A DNA stretch of 57,196 nucleotides, the filler included, from Dugesia japonica (taxonomy: Eukaryota): NCBI GenBank assembly GCA_001938525.1. It is 4 parts of 4 records of this genome, joined end to end, with 100 filler letters (N's around TTAATTAATTAA, not from the genome) between each part and the next. Parts side by side here need not be neighbours in the genome. Positions count along the whole stretch, not along the records: positions 30,269 to 45,629 come from MQRL01614704.1; positions 45,730 to 57,196 come from MQRL01628537.1; 2 more parts are not named here. One strand, given 5' to 3'. Under the pieces are notes generated by a model that was not told the DNA's origin, made no database searches, and saw only the letters and a list, made by a program, of their open reading frames with translations. The position numbers and the translations under genes are program-made. Within the stretch, counting starts at the first letter, position 1; each line of letters opens with the position of its first letter. Shown one piece after another: positions 41,232 to 53,379 of the stretch.

Positions 41232-41849
41232 AGCAAAAGTGAAAGCAGATGTGGAGATGAAATATTGATACTCGGTACTAGTCTACAACGGTTTATCAAT
41301 TTATAAAAGTTTTAAACCGCTAGAATTAATTGTAAAAATGCAATCTACAATTTAACAATCTAAAATAAAATTGTAAATTGCTAGATTAAAATAAACAGTT
41401 TATAAAACTATAATTTAAAATTCAAATTATAATAATGATAATTCAATAAATTGCAATAAAATATTATAAGAACAACTAAAATAGCTTACGCAATGCCACA
41501 ATAATTTTTTTACTAGAGTTTTATGGGTATTAGTCTGGTATTCTTGTCTAATATTTATAGTAAAACTGGTTTTGCCTTTTAAATTCAAATTGTAAACATT
41601 AATAATAATAATTAAAATTACCTATTTTGTGTCAATATTATCAGCCTTTAAAATTTAAAAACCTTATTTGGTGTCAATATTATTAATTTTTAAAGTCCAA
41701 CAACCTTTAAAATTCAAATTGCAATTATTGCCAAATTTAATAATCAAAATTACCTATTCTGCGTCCTTGGAAATTGAAATAATAAAACATTTTATTAATT
41801 TTTATAAATTGGTGAAAAAATTTAATTTAATAGACAGACTTGAACACAA

Positions 41850-42600
41850 AACATACGAAAAATCAGATAATTCATCAATTTTTTCATCAAAGTGGAAGTA
41901 TAAACAATCATTCAGAAGGATGATACCAACGTACAATTATCCTATTACAGAAATTGATAGCAATATAGAAGAACTCAAAAATAAACTTTTAGAAACTTAC
42001 AAATATATTAAGAATATCAAATCTAAAAGTAATGAAAACGAAATTATTAAAGAAATAAAGAATTTGAAATCAANNNNNNNNNNNNNNNNNNNNNNNNNNN
42101 NNNNNNNNNNNNNNNNNNNNNNNNNNNNNNNNNNNNNNNNNNNNNNNNNNNNNNNNNNNNNNNNNNNNNNNNNNNNNNNNNNNNNNNNNNNNNNNNNNNN
42201 NNNNNNNNNNNNNNNNNNNNNNNNNNNNNNNNNNNNNNNNNNNNNNNNNNNAATAAAATCGTTATTTTTAGCAGTTAAATGTCACGAACCAGTTCCATCA
42301 TCTATGTACTGTGTTCCTAAAGATCTTAAAACAAAAATAAAAGGAATACCTATTGTCAATGCTTCGAATATTCCATCTACATCATTATGCAAATTTATGG
42401 AAGATTGTTATAGACCATTATTGAATTTTGTTCCAGGACATTTGAAAAATAGTTATGAGTTTGTTGAACGAATTAGAAATTATGACTGGAATAACGATGA
42501 TCAATTTGGTTCATTGGATCAATTCCCATTGAAGTACTGGAAAATGTCATCGATATTGTAAGAGATTTCTTTGAGAGATATAAAGAACATATAGGTATAA
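41850..42600 (+). mobile_element. Penelope-like reverse transcriptase N-terminal fragment
   Basis: PSSMYCVPKDLK...IPIVNASNIPS...LCKF...PLL...HLKNSYEF...FGSLD follows the PLE RT pattern. Confidence 0.75.
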
Positions 42601-42639
42601 TAATCACAACTGGCTTCATCATATTAAATATTTGAATTG

Positions 42640-43757
42640 TCATTCGTTTCTTCTAGTCTTTGAAAAGCTTCTTTCTGAATATTAGATCTTTTTTGCCGCT
42701 TGACAAAATCGAGATATATGTCCGGATTTCTTACAATTTTTCCATAGCAATGGTTTGTTACAATTACGAGTAATATGATCTTTCCTATCGCAATTATAAC
42801 CTTTTATTTCTTGTTTGATCTTTTGAACTGCATACTTTGGAGAATCTGTTTCTTAGTTTCTTTCCAAATACTTGATACGATTTTCAAGCACAATTATTTT
42901 TCGTTTTAATATTTCCATTTCTTGCCATTTTTTTGTGTTAACATGATTGCTAATAATTCGCAATTTATCATTATGTTGAGTTTTATTTTCCTTTTTCATA
43001 AAATTAAAAGCGTCTTCCTGAGTGTTTAATTTCATAATTTCCGTGGCTCTAGCTGCCAAACAATTATTAACCCCTTTCAAAAATATTGATAAGAGAGTCT
43101 TTTCTCTATCAAATTCATCATAATCTGGAATTTCAAGAAATTCCAGCAACTCTGATAGCAGTTAAATAATGTTTAAGAGTCATATCTTCCTGCTTCAAGG
43201 ATAAAACATTAATTATTGAAATTACCTTGGTTAACCTAATTTGATATAATTCAAATAACTTTGTCTTCAGCCATTTATAATTTGATTTTTTTAGATTTAA
43301 ACTCTGGAATTGTTTGGAATTCAAAAAATGCTTCTTCTTCTAAACTTTTCAATAACTTCTCTGAGCGTTCTGTTGGATCCCCGATTTTTTGTATTTCGGC
43401 AAATTTTTCGAATTCGGTAATATGATTAGAAATATTTTCTCCAATTGTAAATTTCTTCGAAAACATCTTTTTTTATTTAACCAGTCGATAAGTTCCTCCA
43501 CAAATGATCGTGACGCCATTTTATTGTAATTGTTTGAAGAAATGTGGGTTTACTAAAATTTATTTAAAATCTGCACTAATTAATTAATATTATTTAAACA
43601 CATATCATAGAAACAAAACATCATTCGCTATATAAATATTTAATTTTTCAAATTTTCAAACAAAACATCATTCGCTATTAAACTATTTAATTTTTAATTT
43701 TACAAATTTTGAAAATAAAAATATTTGTTAAAAAAATTTTGTATATTATCTATGACA
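42640..43757 (-). mobile_element. Ty3/Gypsy 5' portion (LTR, PBS-like site, decayed gag)
   Basis: Putative LTR starting TGTCATAG at 43757. TGGCGTCACG PBS-like site at 43518-43509. Gag fragments. Two decayed knuckles, YNCDRKDHITRNC and NCKKSGHISRFC. Confidence 0.7.
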
Positions 43758-44169
43758 TTCTTTACAAATTAACAAGACCTATTCAAATACATCGAAACAT
43801 AAAAGAAAAAATTTAAAAAATAAAAAGAAAGGATTAAAAAAATTAATGAAAGAGAAAAGAAAAAGAAGAAAAAGAGAAAAAAATTAAATTTTCCAAAAAA
43901 AAAATAACAAGAAATTAAGGAAAATCTTTTTGGTCAATTCTTTTTGTTTTTAAAACTTGTTAACTGTTTCTCATTTTAATTGTTGATAATTAATATTTGG
44001 GGAAATGTGTAAAATTTTATTATTTTAATTATTTAAAAAATTGCATTTTAGAAAATCCATTATACAAATACAAATGACCACTTATATAGAACATTTTACA
44101 GTGAATTAATTAATTTGTGGTCAAAGTTCATTGATACGTTTACATTTGATCACTGATCATTATTTAACA

Positions 44170-45582
44170 ATGAGCGATGATAAATTACAAAGTTTTTTTA
44201 GACTATTAACTGAGCACGATTTTGATGCGAATAAAACAGTTCCAGATGAATTCAAATGTGGGAAATGTATGAAAATTTTAATTGAAGCTTGTCAAACTCG
44301 CTGTGGTTGTAGATTTAGTAAGACTTGTGTTGATGAAATGATGAATAATGGATGTACATTGTGTCATGGAATCACGGGTAATTGTAAAATTGAATTATTG
44401 TCTAAATTTCAGTTGGATAACAAAACAAATAAACAAATATCGAAACTATTAATGAAATATCCAGTGGAAATGTGCTCATACGAATGTGAATTATTAGAAA
44501 TGAGTGAACATTTAATAATATGTGGAAAGAAAAGCTTAAAATGTCAATTTGATAAGTTGGCCTGTGATATGAAGAAAATGACAAATGAAAAATTGATTGA
44601 AGATTTTCCATTAGATAATTTAATCACATCAAAATATTGATTGACATGATTGATAATATTAAAAATGAAGTTAAAGAATTGAAAGAAAATGAATTGAATG
44701 CAAGTTTAGTATTGAAAGATGAAAAATTAAAATCAATAAATGCAGAAATGCTAAATATGAAAGTAATTTCGATGATTGTTAGTAATTAATTATGAAATTG
44801 TTTATTTAGCTAGAGAAATTGAAGATGGAAAAACCTTTGAATGATAATTGCAAAATTAAAATCAGATAACAAGGAAGAATGTCAATTGATAAAGGTGAAC
44901 ATAAAAAAATTTGATGTAATTTGTAATAAGTATAGGCAGCGAAGATAGAACTTGATGAACAAATGAAAACTCTTGAGTATAAAATCAATGAAATCAATTT
45001 GGAGTTGAAGATACTATGCGAAAATAGTAAAATTGAGTTGATAAAAGTCAATTTTTTGTTGAATTGTTGTAAATATATAGAAATATTTCATGAAGTGTGC
45101 AAAGAAACCACCGATAAGTCATTAATTCAAATGGGGATCGGTCAGAAACTAAATCGACTAGAAAGAAATATTGATAACAAAATGAAAGGAATAATTGAAA
45201 TGATGATCGATAATCCTGATAATATTGGTGATATATTTGGGGTGATTATTTTATCTGGAGTGAATATTTTTATGCTCGACTGCATCCGTATAAATTAAGA
45301 TTGCACATTTATCCGTATGGTGATACATTGGAGATTTGCATATGCAATTATGATGATGTGATAAATCAATATTTGTCGTTTCCATTCACAGCTGATGTAA
45401 CAATAAAAGTCTTTAATAAAAATAAACGAGGGGCGAGCAAAAGTATCAAAAAATCTTGCCGAATAAATAAACCTGAAAATAATTCATACAATGCAAGTGA
45501 TTTATTTATTTATCCATATTCGACATTGAGAAAAAGAGGAAAATTGGAATCAAATTGTTTTATTATTGAATCCTGTGTTTAA
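44170..45582 (+). pseudogene. TRAF: TRAF-family gene (RING, TRAF zinc finger, coiled coil, MATH), disrupted
   Basis: RING-like CGKCMKILIEACQTRCGCRFSKTC. Zinc-finger CSYECELLEMSEHLIIC. Coiled coil. MATH-like HIYPYGD...LSFPFTADVTIKV. Stops and frameshifts, and several Cys are lost. Confidence 0.78.
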
Positions 45583-45629
45583 TTGAAATAATTTTAATTA
45601 TTATTATAATAATTATTATTTATAAAAAT

Positions 45630-45729
45630 NNNNNNNNNNNNNNNNNNNNNNNNNNNNNNNNNNNNNNNNNNNNTTAATTAATTAANNNNNNNNNNNNNNN
45701 NNNNNNNNNNNNNNNNNNNNNNNNNNNNN
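45630..45729. other. Artificial scaffold linker
   Basis: N44-TTAATTAATTAA-N44. Confidence 0.95.
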
Positions 45730-45887
45730 GTGGTAGGTTTTCAGTTTACGGTGGTTGACCTTACTCTTAATGGAAGGTACACACCGATAAACCTTTATAT
45801 TCGGGTTCAATAATTTTTCCTTTCTTGTTATCGTTAAAATAAAGAAACTACACTTTTGAATACAGACATTTTATTTTATGAAACTAT

Positions 45888-46270
45888 TTAGAGCAAATCC
45901 AGCGCCCCTGGATCTAACCACTGGTTTGGTTCTGTTACCACGAAGTTGAAAACTGCGATGTCGTCATCGTCATCCCATTGTGTTACAGATGGGTTACCTA
46001 TTCGACGGGACAGGTCAGCAATATATTGCTTTAAGAACTCTATTTTCCGCATTAACAGCTGTTTGGTTTCGGTTTCCAAAGCTTTAGTTTGAGCCGCCAG
46101 ATCATTTTGCTTTTTTACAATTAAATCGAATTTTTTAATCAATTGATCCCGTTGATCCAAATGTCTCATAAGGGCCCTGTCTGTTTTACGTTTTAGGTGC
46201 CGTTCAACAAGCAAGCGGCGCATAATTCTATGGCACCTCCGGATGCTATTGGGGAAGTTACTTCGTGGCA
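45888..46270 (-). CDS. Element ORF-d, copy A (orphan basic/coiled-coil protein with acidic tail; terminal exon)
   Basis: Homology to copy B starts at acceptor ttcag|TG CCA CGA. 383 nt in both copies with no indels. AATAAA at 45875-45870. Confidence 0.7.
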
Positions 46271-46397
46271 CTGAATGAAAATCCATTAACAGAGAAACAA
46301 TAACAGTTATTATAATCAATTTTATCAGGTATTCAATGATGTAAAAAACTGAAACTAAGATTAAGATGTACAAATTTTTATTTATAGGAAATAAGAT

Positions 46398-46765
46398 TCA
46401 AACACGTGGATTGGGTTTGGCCTGGGTGGCCTTATCAATCAAGAGGGGGGCTAAAGGAGTCGCTGCTCTCAGCTTCAACACATTTTCCATCAAACTATTC
46501 TCCCGCTCCTGATAAGACTGAATAATCTTGGTGAAAGTTTCAACCTGGGACTTCCACACCCTCTCTTGATTCTCGGTGGCGTCCATCTCTGCTTTGAAAG
46601 CTAAACATTTTCGCTTGTATCGCTTTACTTTAGAGTCAGCCGCGGCGATCTCCGCTTCCCATCGCCTTTTGGCTAATCTATAAAGATCCCATGTGAGATC
46701 GAGATCTTCACTTGTCTCACGTAACTTTTTATGGGGAGCTTGAGACTTGTTTAGAGAAGAATGCA
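46398..46765 (-). CDS. Element ORF-c, copy A (orphan coiled-coil protein; terminal exon)
   Basis: Acceptor tttcag|TG CAT. 368 nt in both A and B. Homolog present in copy C. AATAAA at 46382-46377. Confidence 0.7.
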
Positions 46766-47025
46766 CTGAAAGATAAATAGGTAAAAGATGATACACATTA
46801 TCAGATGTTACTAAGCATTTGGGGTTCCTCAAATGGATAATGAACGAGGGTTCTACGATTAATTTTATTACAAATAGCATCCTGTATTATTATTATGTTA
46901 TTTTCCAAGAAATCTACTAAACGCGATTGCAAATTATTATTATTGGCAGAAATTTATTTACAAGAAGAATTGGAAATGACTACAATTCGAACACCTATTT
47001 ATTATGACAAACAACTACAAAGGAG

Positions 47026-47380
47026 TCATGAAGGATTAGTATTATTGTCGGTGTTGGGGGCAGTATTCTCGACATCAGTTATCCATTCGGCTCTCGGACT
47101 CCTCAGAGGAGATTAGCGATGAACGCTTGTATTGCAGGAGCTGGGGGAAGAGTGGTAGATTGGTAGGTGAAAGCGGTCGCTAGAGTGTGATCCAGCCCCA
47201 TCCATGTCTGATAACGCTGCCGTTCTCCGAAGTCATTAATACGGGCGACGATTGATTCGACCGGTGGTAGGTTTGACCGTCCACCAAGATACCGGCATCC
47301 TAATTATGCGGGTTGTGATATCGACGCAGAGTTATTCAATGAGTTCTCCTATCGACAACACGTATCCATATAGAGTCCAT
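47026..47380 (-). pseudogene. Element ORF-b, copy A (two stops and a frameshift)
   Basis: MDSIWIRVVDRRTH*ITLRRYHNPHN*DAGILV...DFGERQRYQTWMG, homologous to 51225-51578. Confidence 0.75.
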
Positions 47381-47522
47381 ACCTAAGAACAAAATAGGGC
47401 TATAAAAATTTAGATTATGCTGCATTAAGACATAACGGACGAATTATAAAAAATAAGAACTATAATATTTTATTCCATGGTATATTTAAACACCCAGATA
47501 TTCGTAATGCTAAGGGAAGTAA

Positions 47523-47705
47523 TTACTCCGCGTCTGAATCTACCTTCCCCTCCATGGGAAACATCTCGGTAAAACAGCGNAAGTCTGTTTCATCCGGATG
47601 TTCTATCCTACCATGGGTTATAAAGTGAGCTATTAATTGTTTTCTGCGAACCGCTGATCTCTGTCGTGCTATCTTTCGCAGAGCCCTACACAATTCGGCA
47701 GGCAT
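47523..47705 (-). CDS. Element ORF-a, copy A (60-aa basic orphan protein)
   Basis: MPAELCRALRKI...GRIEHPDETD.RCFTEMFP is conserved with 51711-51905. Acceptor tttag 3 nt upstream of the ATG. Confidence 0.65.
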   Translation of the reverse strand: MPAELCRALRKIARQRSAVRRKQLIAHFITHGRIEHPDETDXRCFTEMFPMEGKVDSDAE

Positions 47706-47799
47706 GAGCTAAATATAAGAATAACGTAATTTAATAACATCATTCATGATTTAGTTCCTTAAGAAAAATCCGGATCGGCATTACTTTCAGGTAATGCGG

Positions 47800-48260
47800 G
47801 TGGTATTAATAATAATAATGATAATAATCAGAATATGGATAATAATACTGATACTAAGAATAATATGGAAAATGGTATTAGCAACCCTAGTGGTAATAAT
47901 AACCCTTGCAAATTAATATTAATATAATCATAATCTTAAGAGTTATAGTAACACTCATAAAATAATAATGATGATAATAATAACGATAATAATAATAATA
48001 ATAATAATGATATTAGCGATCACAGCAATAATATTAATAATAATAATGATCGTCATAATGATAATAACCATAATAGTACTAGCCATAGTAGTGAGGTTAA
48101 TGATAATAGTAATAATGTGGACAATAATAATAATAATANNAATAATAATAATAATAGCAATATTAATGATAGAGATAGTAATAATAATAATAATAATAAT
48201 GGTAATATTAATAAACTTAATAATAATAGGATTTGTAGTAAAATTCAGACAAGGATTGAG
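47800..48260. repeat. (ATA)n-derived low-complexity tract inside element copy A
   Basis: Degenerate ATA/ATG triplets. Equivalent tracts occur at 52050-52600 (B) and about 35220-35320 (C). Confidence 0.8.
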
Positions 48261-50196
48261 AGAAATTACTCTCATTAATTACTTAATTTAATATAGTTAT
48301 ACTCCTTTATAACTTGATTTGCCGCAATTATGGGTTACCCAGCAACGCAAAAATAAGTTGATCGGTGATTCCGGCTGAGTAGTTGTGTAGATTAGTGGTG
48401 TGTGGGGTTTGGTGACTCAGCAGAACTTTTATGTGGTTATAAATAAATGTCGAAAAATTGGTTTGGCTTTTTTGTGTTAATAATCATGACGAGAATGTAA
48501 AACGACAATTTCATTGGTGATTATTTTACGTGATAATACGAGGGAATTTTCCCTATCAACGGTAAGAACACGAGATGAATTGTCTACTAAATGTGCATAA
48601 TGCAGAATAAGGCAATTCTATTTAATTTAGCATACGAACTCAACTACCTGAATCTAAAAATAAATTGAATACATATATAATTATGCTATAAAATTAACTA
48701 GAAAAATTAGCAAAATTTAACTCCAAATGTGGATTTATTTATAATGATTTACATACTAAATTTGTAAGAAAAATTTAACAACAACTAAGACAACACATGA
48801 TTACTTTTCTAAATATTTTCGTTTTCTGCAACGGAATAAAATTCGCTAATAGACGTTATTCTTTTATGCGATTACTGGGATTCCGGTTCTTCTTCTTGCT
48901 AAATCAATGGTTTTAGTAGTTTCTAGATTTAGTTGGAAAGCGTCTGCAATTACAATTTCCTCCTTGATTTATAATTAACTGTTTCGATTCACAAAGTTGT
49001 TTATAGTGGTTAATACACCGAAATCGAGATAATAAATTTTTTGTAGTTGGTTTTTTCGCTTAAAAACAGGGGTCCTTTTATACGATTTCTGAGACACCCC
49101 AACTTGTCTGGCATTGGCCAGTTATTTTTAATTTGAATTATTTGAATTTTTTTGGATCTGGTGCCAATCTTCCAAGAATTCTGGAGTTCTGATCGGTAGT
49201 TATTTTTAGACTGGCACATGATATCTGTGTCTTTGTTTTATTTATTTTTCAGGTCTGCCATTGGTCCAAACTTCGAACCNNNNNNNNNNNNNNNNNNNNN
49301 NNNNNNNNNNNNNNNNNNNNNNNNNNNNNNNNNNNNNNNNNNNNNNNNNNNNNNNNNNNNNNNNNNNNNNNNNNNNNNNNNNNNNNNNNNNNNNGTTATG
49401 GGCATAAAATGAATTTTCGTTCCAATTTTAATTAATTTTCGTTTAAAATTAATTGGTATACTTTTGTAATTGTTTCTTCTTTTTTATTAATTATTTTCTT
49501 CATTAATTTATTTAATTTTTGATTATTATAATTANNNNNNNNNNNNNNNNNNNNNNNNNNNNNNNNNNNNNNNNNNNNNNNNNNATTTTGTCAAAGTCAA
49601 ATTCCAATGCCCTGGCAGATACTCTTCTCGGATTTTCTTGAACCCTTTTCGTACACTCAACAGGAGCAAGGTTATGGGCATAAAATGAATTTTCGTTCCA
49701 ATTTTAATTAATTTTCGTTTAAAATTAATTGGTATACTTTTGTAATTGTTTCTTCTTTTTTATTAATTATTTTCTTCATTAATTTATTTAATTTTTGATT
49801 ATTATAATTAATCCTCTTTATTTTAGTCCTCTGAACTTCCAGTTTCATTTNNNNNNNNNNNNNNNNNNNTTTCTTGTTTGATTTTCCATACCCGCTTTTC
49901 TTTTATATGTTTCTTCCTGTAAATTTATTTCTAGTTTGGCATTGAATATTTTACGATCCTCTTTGATTTTATTTATTTATTTATTTTAATTCACTGAGTG
50001 TTTCACCCCAACAAATCACTCCCCGCTTAATTAAAATTCCGTGATAGGTCTTCAGTTTATGGCGGTTGACCCCTCTCTTAATGGGAGGTGCGCACCCATA
50101 AACATTTGTATTTGGGTTCATTTTTCCCTACGATTTTCAGTGAAGAAGGAAAGTACAATATTGATTAGATATCTTTTATTTCATAAACAAAAGAAA

Positions 50197-50579
50197 TTAT
50201 ATTAAATCCAGCGACCCAGGATCCAACCACTGGGTCGTGTCGCTTACGGAAAAGTTGAAGGCGGCGATATCGTCACCATTGTCCCATTGCATTAAAGTTG
50301 GATTGTTTATCTGGTGGGAGAGGTCGGCTATATATTGTTTAAGGAATTCTATCTTTCTTAACAATACTTGTTTGTTCTCCGCCTCGAGTGCTTGGGTTTG
50401 CGATGCTAAATCATTCTGTTTTCTGATGATTAGGTCCAATTTCTTTATGAGTTGATCACGTTGGGCTAAATGTTTGAGAATGGCCCTATCTGTTTTACGT
50501 TTTAAGTGCCTCTCAATAAGTAGGCGACGCATAATGCGGTGGCATCTTCGGATGTTGTTGGGGAAACTAATTCGTGGCA
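50197..50579 (-). CDS. Element ORF-d, copy B
   Basis: tttag|TG CCA CGA. VPRISFPNNIRRCHRIMRRLLIERHLKRKTDRA...QWLDPGSLDLI. AATAAA at 50180-50175. Confidence 0.7.
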
Positions 50580-50705
50580 CTAAATAAAGGAACATTAACA
50601 AAGGAAATAATGAACTTTATCGTTATCGAATTTATTAGAAGATCAATGATATAAAACAGAGACCAAGACTAGGGTATACAAAATTTTATTTACAGGATAG
50701 AATGT

Positions 50706-51073
50706 TTAACCACGAGAGGTGGGTTTCGTCTGGGTGCCCTTATCAATCATAAGAGGCTCCAGGTAGGATTTTGCCTTAAGAAGCAGGATATCTTTGACCA
50801 GTTTATTCTCACGGTCATGGCTGGACCGGATGATTTCGGCGAACGACTCCACCTGCACCTTCCCCACTCTCTCTAGGTCCTGGACAGCTTTCATCTCTTC
50901 TCGGACGTTAGTACACTTGGTTTTATAACGTTTTACTTTAGCGTTGGCTGTGGCTGTCTCCGCTTCCCATCACCTTTTCGCTAGTCTGTAAAGATCCCAT
51001 GTGAGATCGAGATCTTCACTTGTCTCACGTAACTTTTTAAGGGGAGCTTGAGATTTGTTCAGAGAAGAATGCA
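50706..51073 (-). pseudogene. Element ORF-c, copy B (single CGA>TGA stop)
   Basis: ttcag|TG CAT. Same length as copy A. TGA at 50972-50970 where A has CGA. Confidence 0.7.
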
Positions 51074-51224
51074 CTGAATATTATTATGGTTAAATATGAC
51101 AATTACAAGGTCTATTGGATTAACATTAACAAAACGAAAGCTGATCTTGTGCAACGAAAGAAACATAATACAGGAAGACAAAACTTTAAACACCTATTTA
51201 TTTATTTTAAACAACAGACAAAAT

Positions 51225-51578
51225 TTAGGTAGCAGGATTAATATTGTTGATATAAGGGGCCGTATTTTCACTGTCTATGATACCAGACGGTTCCCTAACC
51301 CCCCAAAGAAGGTTAGTTATAAACGCCTGTACTGCAGGAGCTGGAGGTGGAGCGGGTGCTTGGTAGAAGGAGGTCGCAAGAGTGCGATATGGGCCTGTCC
51401 AATTCTGATATCGCTGCCTCTCGCCAAAATCTCTTATCCGAGAGATAATTGACTCTACTGGAGGTAAGTTAGTCCTATCGACTAGGATTCCCGCGTCCCG
51501 ATTGTGGGGATTATGATGCCGGCGGAAAATGATTCGTCGTGTTTTCCTATCTATGACTCTCTCCCATATCGATTCCAT
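51225..51578 (-). CDS. Element ORF-b, copy B (117-aa orphan protein)
   Basis: Intact ATG-to-stop ORF with acceptor tatag 2 nt upstream. Homolog in copy A. AATAAA at 51202-51197. Confidence 0.7.
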   Translation of the reverse strand: MESIWERVIDRKTRRIIFRRHHNPHNRDAGILVDRTNLPPVESIISRIRDFGERQRYQNWTGPYRTLATSFYQAPAPPPAPAVQAFITNLLWGVREPSGIIDSENTAPYINNINPAT

Positions 51579-51710
51579 ATCTATAATTAACAGAAAAGTG
51601 GTTTATAACGTATAACTCTTAAATTACACAATAATAAACACGAGAATAAACAATTAGATTTAATCCGGTTGCACATTTATTTTATAACTAACAATAAGTC
51701 ACAGATTACA

Positions 51711-51905
51711 CTAGGTCGGCGGACTCTCCACATCTAAATCCACGGAAGGCACTATGGGGAACATTTCTACGAAACAGAAAAGATCCGCCTCGTCCGGGTG
51801 TTCCACTTTTCCCTTACTTAGCAGATGGGCGATGAACTGTCTCAAGCGAACAGTTTGCCGACGTCGTTTTATCCCTCTAAGAGTTCGGTACAACTCGGTT
51901 GGCAT
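51711..51905 (-). CDS. Element ORF-a, copy B (64 aa)
   Basis: MPTELYRTLRGI...GKVEHPDEADLFCFVEMFP. Acceptor tttag 3 nt upstream. AATAAA at 51681-51676. Confidence 0.65.
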   Translation of the reverse strand: MPTELYRTLRGIKRRRQTVRLRQFIAHLLSKGKVEHPDEADLFCFVEMFPIVPSVDLDVESPPT

Positions 51906-53379
51906 AGACTAAATGAAAGAGAAAATCAATTTTAGATCCTGATTCCCGTTTCGGAATTAAACAAAAACATTCTCACGACCGGATATTAACAACGGGAGGA
52001 TTAGTCCGGCAACACTATATTACTCTATTGAGGTAATTGTAACTTACACTCGTTGATCGTTATCAAGGGTCCTGATAATATTTTTATTCTTTGACATAAG
52101 AGTATTAACGATATACTCGGCATTTTCCGAACCTATTAATGATAGTAATTGCCAGGAGCATGTTAATAAATATCATGACGCCAGTATGAATTATAATATC
52201 AAGGATGCTGTTACGCATAGTAATCGTAATATTAGCAATAACAGGTTAATAATATCTTTAATAATAATTTGGACAATAATTGTAACAATACCGGTAAAGA
52301 CAATATTAGCAATGGTTGACTAATTTTGAAGTTATTGATAATCAAGGTAACAATTATTATTAATCCTGATGGCAAATGCGATAACGATAATAATCTTAAT
52401 CATAATGATAATCGCAATAGTATAAATAATAAGAATAAGATAATAAAAATACTAATAATAATGATGATATTAATAACAATAATGATAATAATACTATTAA
52501 TAGTGTTGGTAATGATAGAAAGAATAATGATGATAATAATCATAGGCCAAAGTCTTTATGGTATTGATAATATTATCCGAAAAAGAAGTAAGTCCGTTTA
52601 TTTTAGAATAACGTCAATACTGTGAAAAATAAATTTTTAAATCTTCGCCCTACGGTTACCTTGGTTATTCAACAATTTGTATCTGCCAAAGGAAAAACGT
52701 GCGGTGATGATACCTGTGTGTATAGGGTGATGAGTCAACTATCTCTATCGAAAATCCATTTTTAATGTAAAAGTTGTGTGTAGAAAAACGGAGTGTTTGA
52801 AATTTAGTGATTTTATATTTGCAAACGATGACATATTGTAACAAAATTTGTGATCCTAATTCTAGTGAGTGTTCGGGATAGGGTGTGTTCCAACTCTCGT
52901 GGTTTATGTCATAATAGGTCATTCTATTGATCGATGAAAATTTTGGAGAGGAATTTACACTCTTATTCATACATAATTGTTAGAGAAAATTTAAAGAACA
53001 TTAAATGTTTATATTTATTAATTCTAATCATATAAAATACTCACAACAGATAATAATAAACATCTCACTTACTAATAATTCCGGATAAATGCAACGGGAA
53101 TGGTATGGATAATGAAATTTGACTCGATTGCTTTTTCTTCCTGGCTGACAACTGGCACTTTTATTTTCTAGAATCACTTAGTAATTTTGATTAATAAGGT
53201 AATAGTTCAATAACTAGAATATTGGATTTTCTGTTGACTAGACTTTTGTTCCTGTGTTAATAATTTCGCAAAATGTTCGGTAATTCTCTGACAATTATAA
53301 ATGGTAAGAAATTTGTTGTTTAAAATTTTGTTCTTGAAAAAAGTTGTGTTTTTTAAGAGTTTTTCTCTTCTAAATTTTA

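Larger units (their letters stand above)
45730..50013 (-). mobile_element. LTR-like multi-ORF element, copy A
   Basis: Begins TGTTGGGGTGAAAC at 50013. Colinear with 50014-54049 over its whole length. 3' end lost in the gap. Confidence 0.8.

Noticed and set aside
47955-48291. Ile-rich ORFs on both strands (also 52326-52625, 27951-28392, 29004-29353)
   Set aside because: By-products of ATA/TAT triplet repeats or N runs, with no protein-level conservation.
52665-52970. 101-aa ORF as the shared coding leader of the element
   Set aside because: Not conserved as an open frame in copies A or C, and it stops before the candidate donor.
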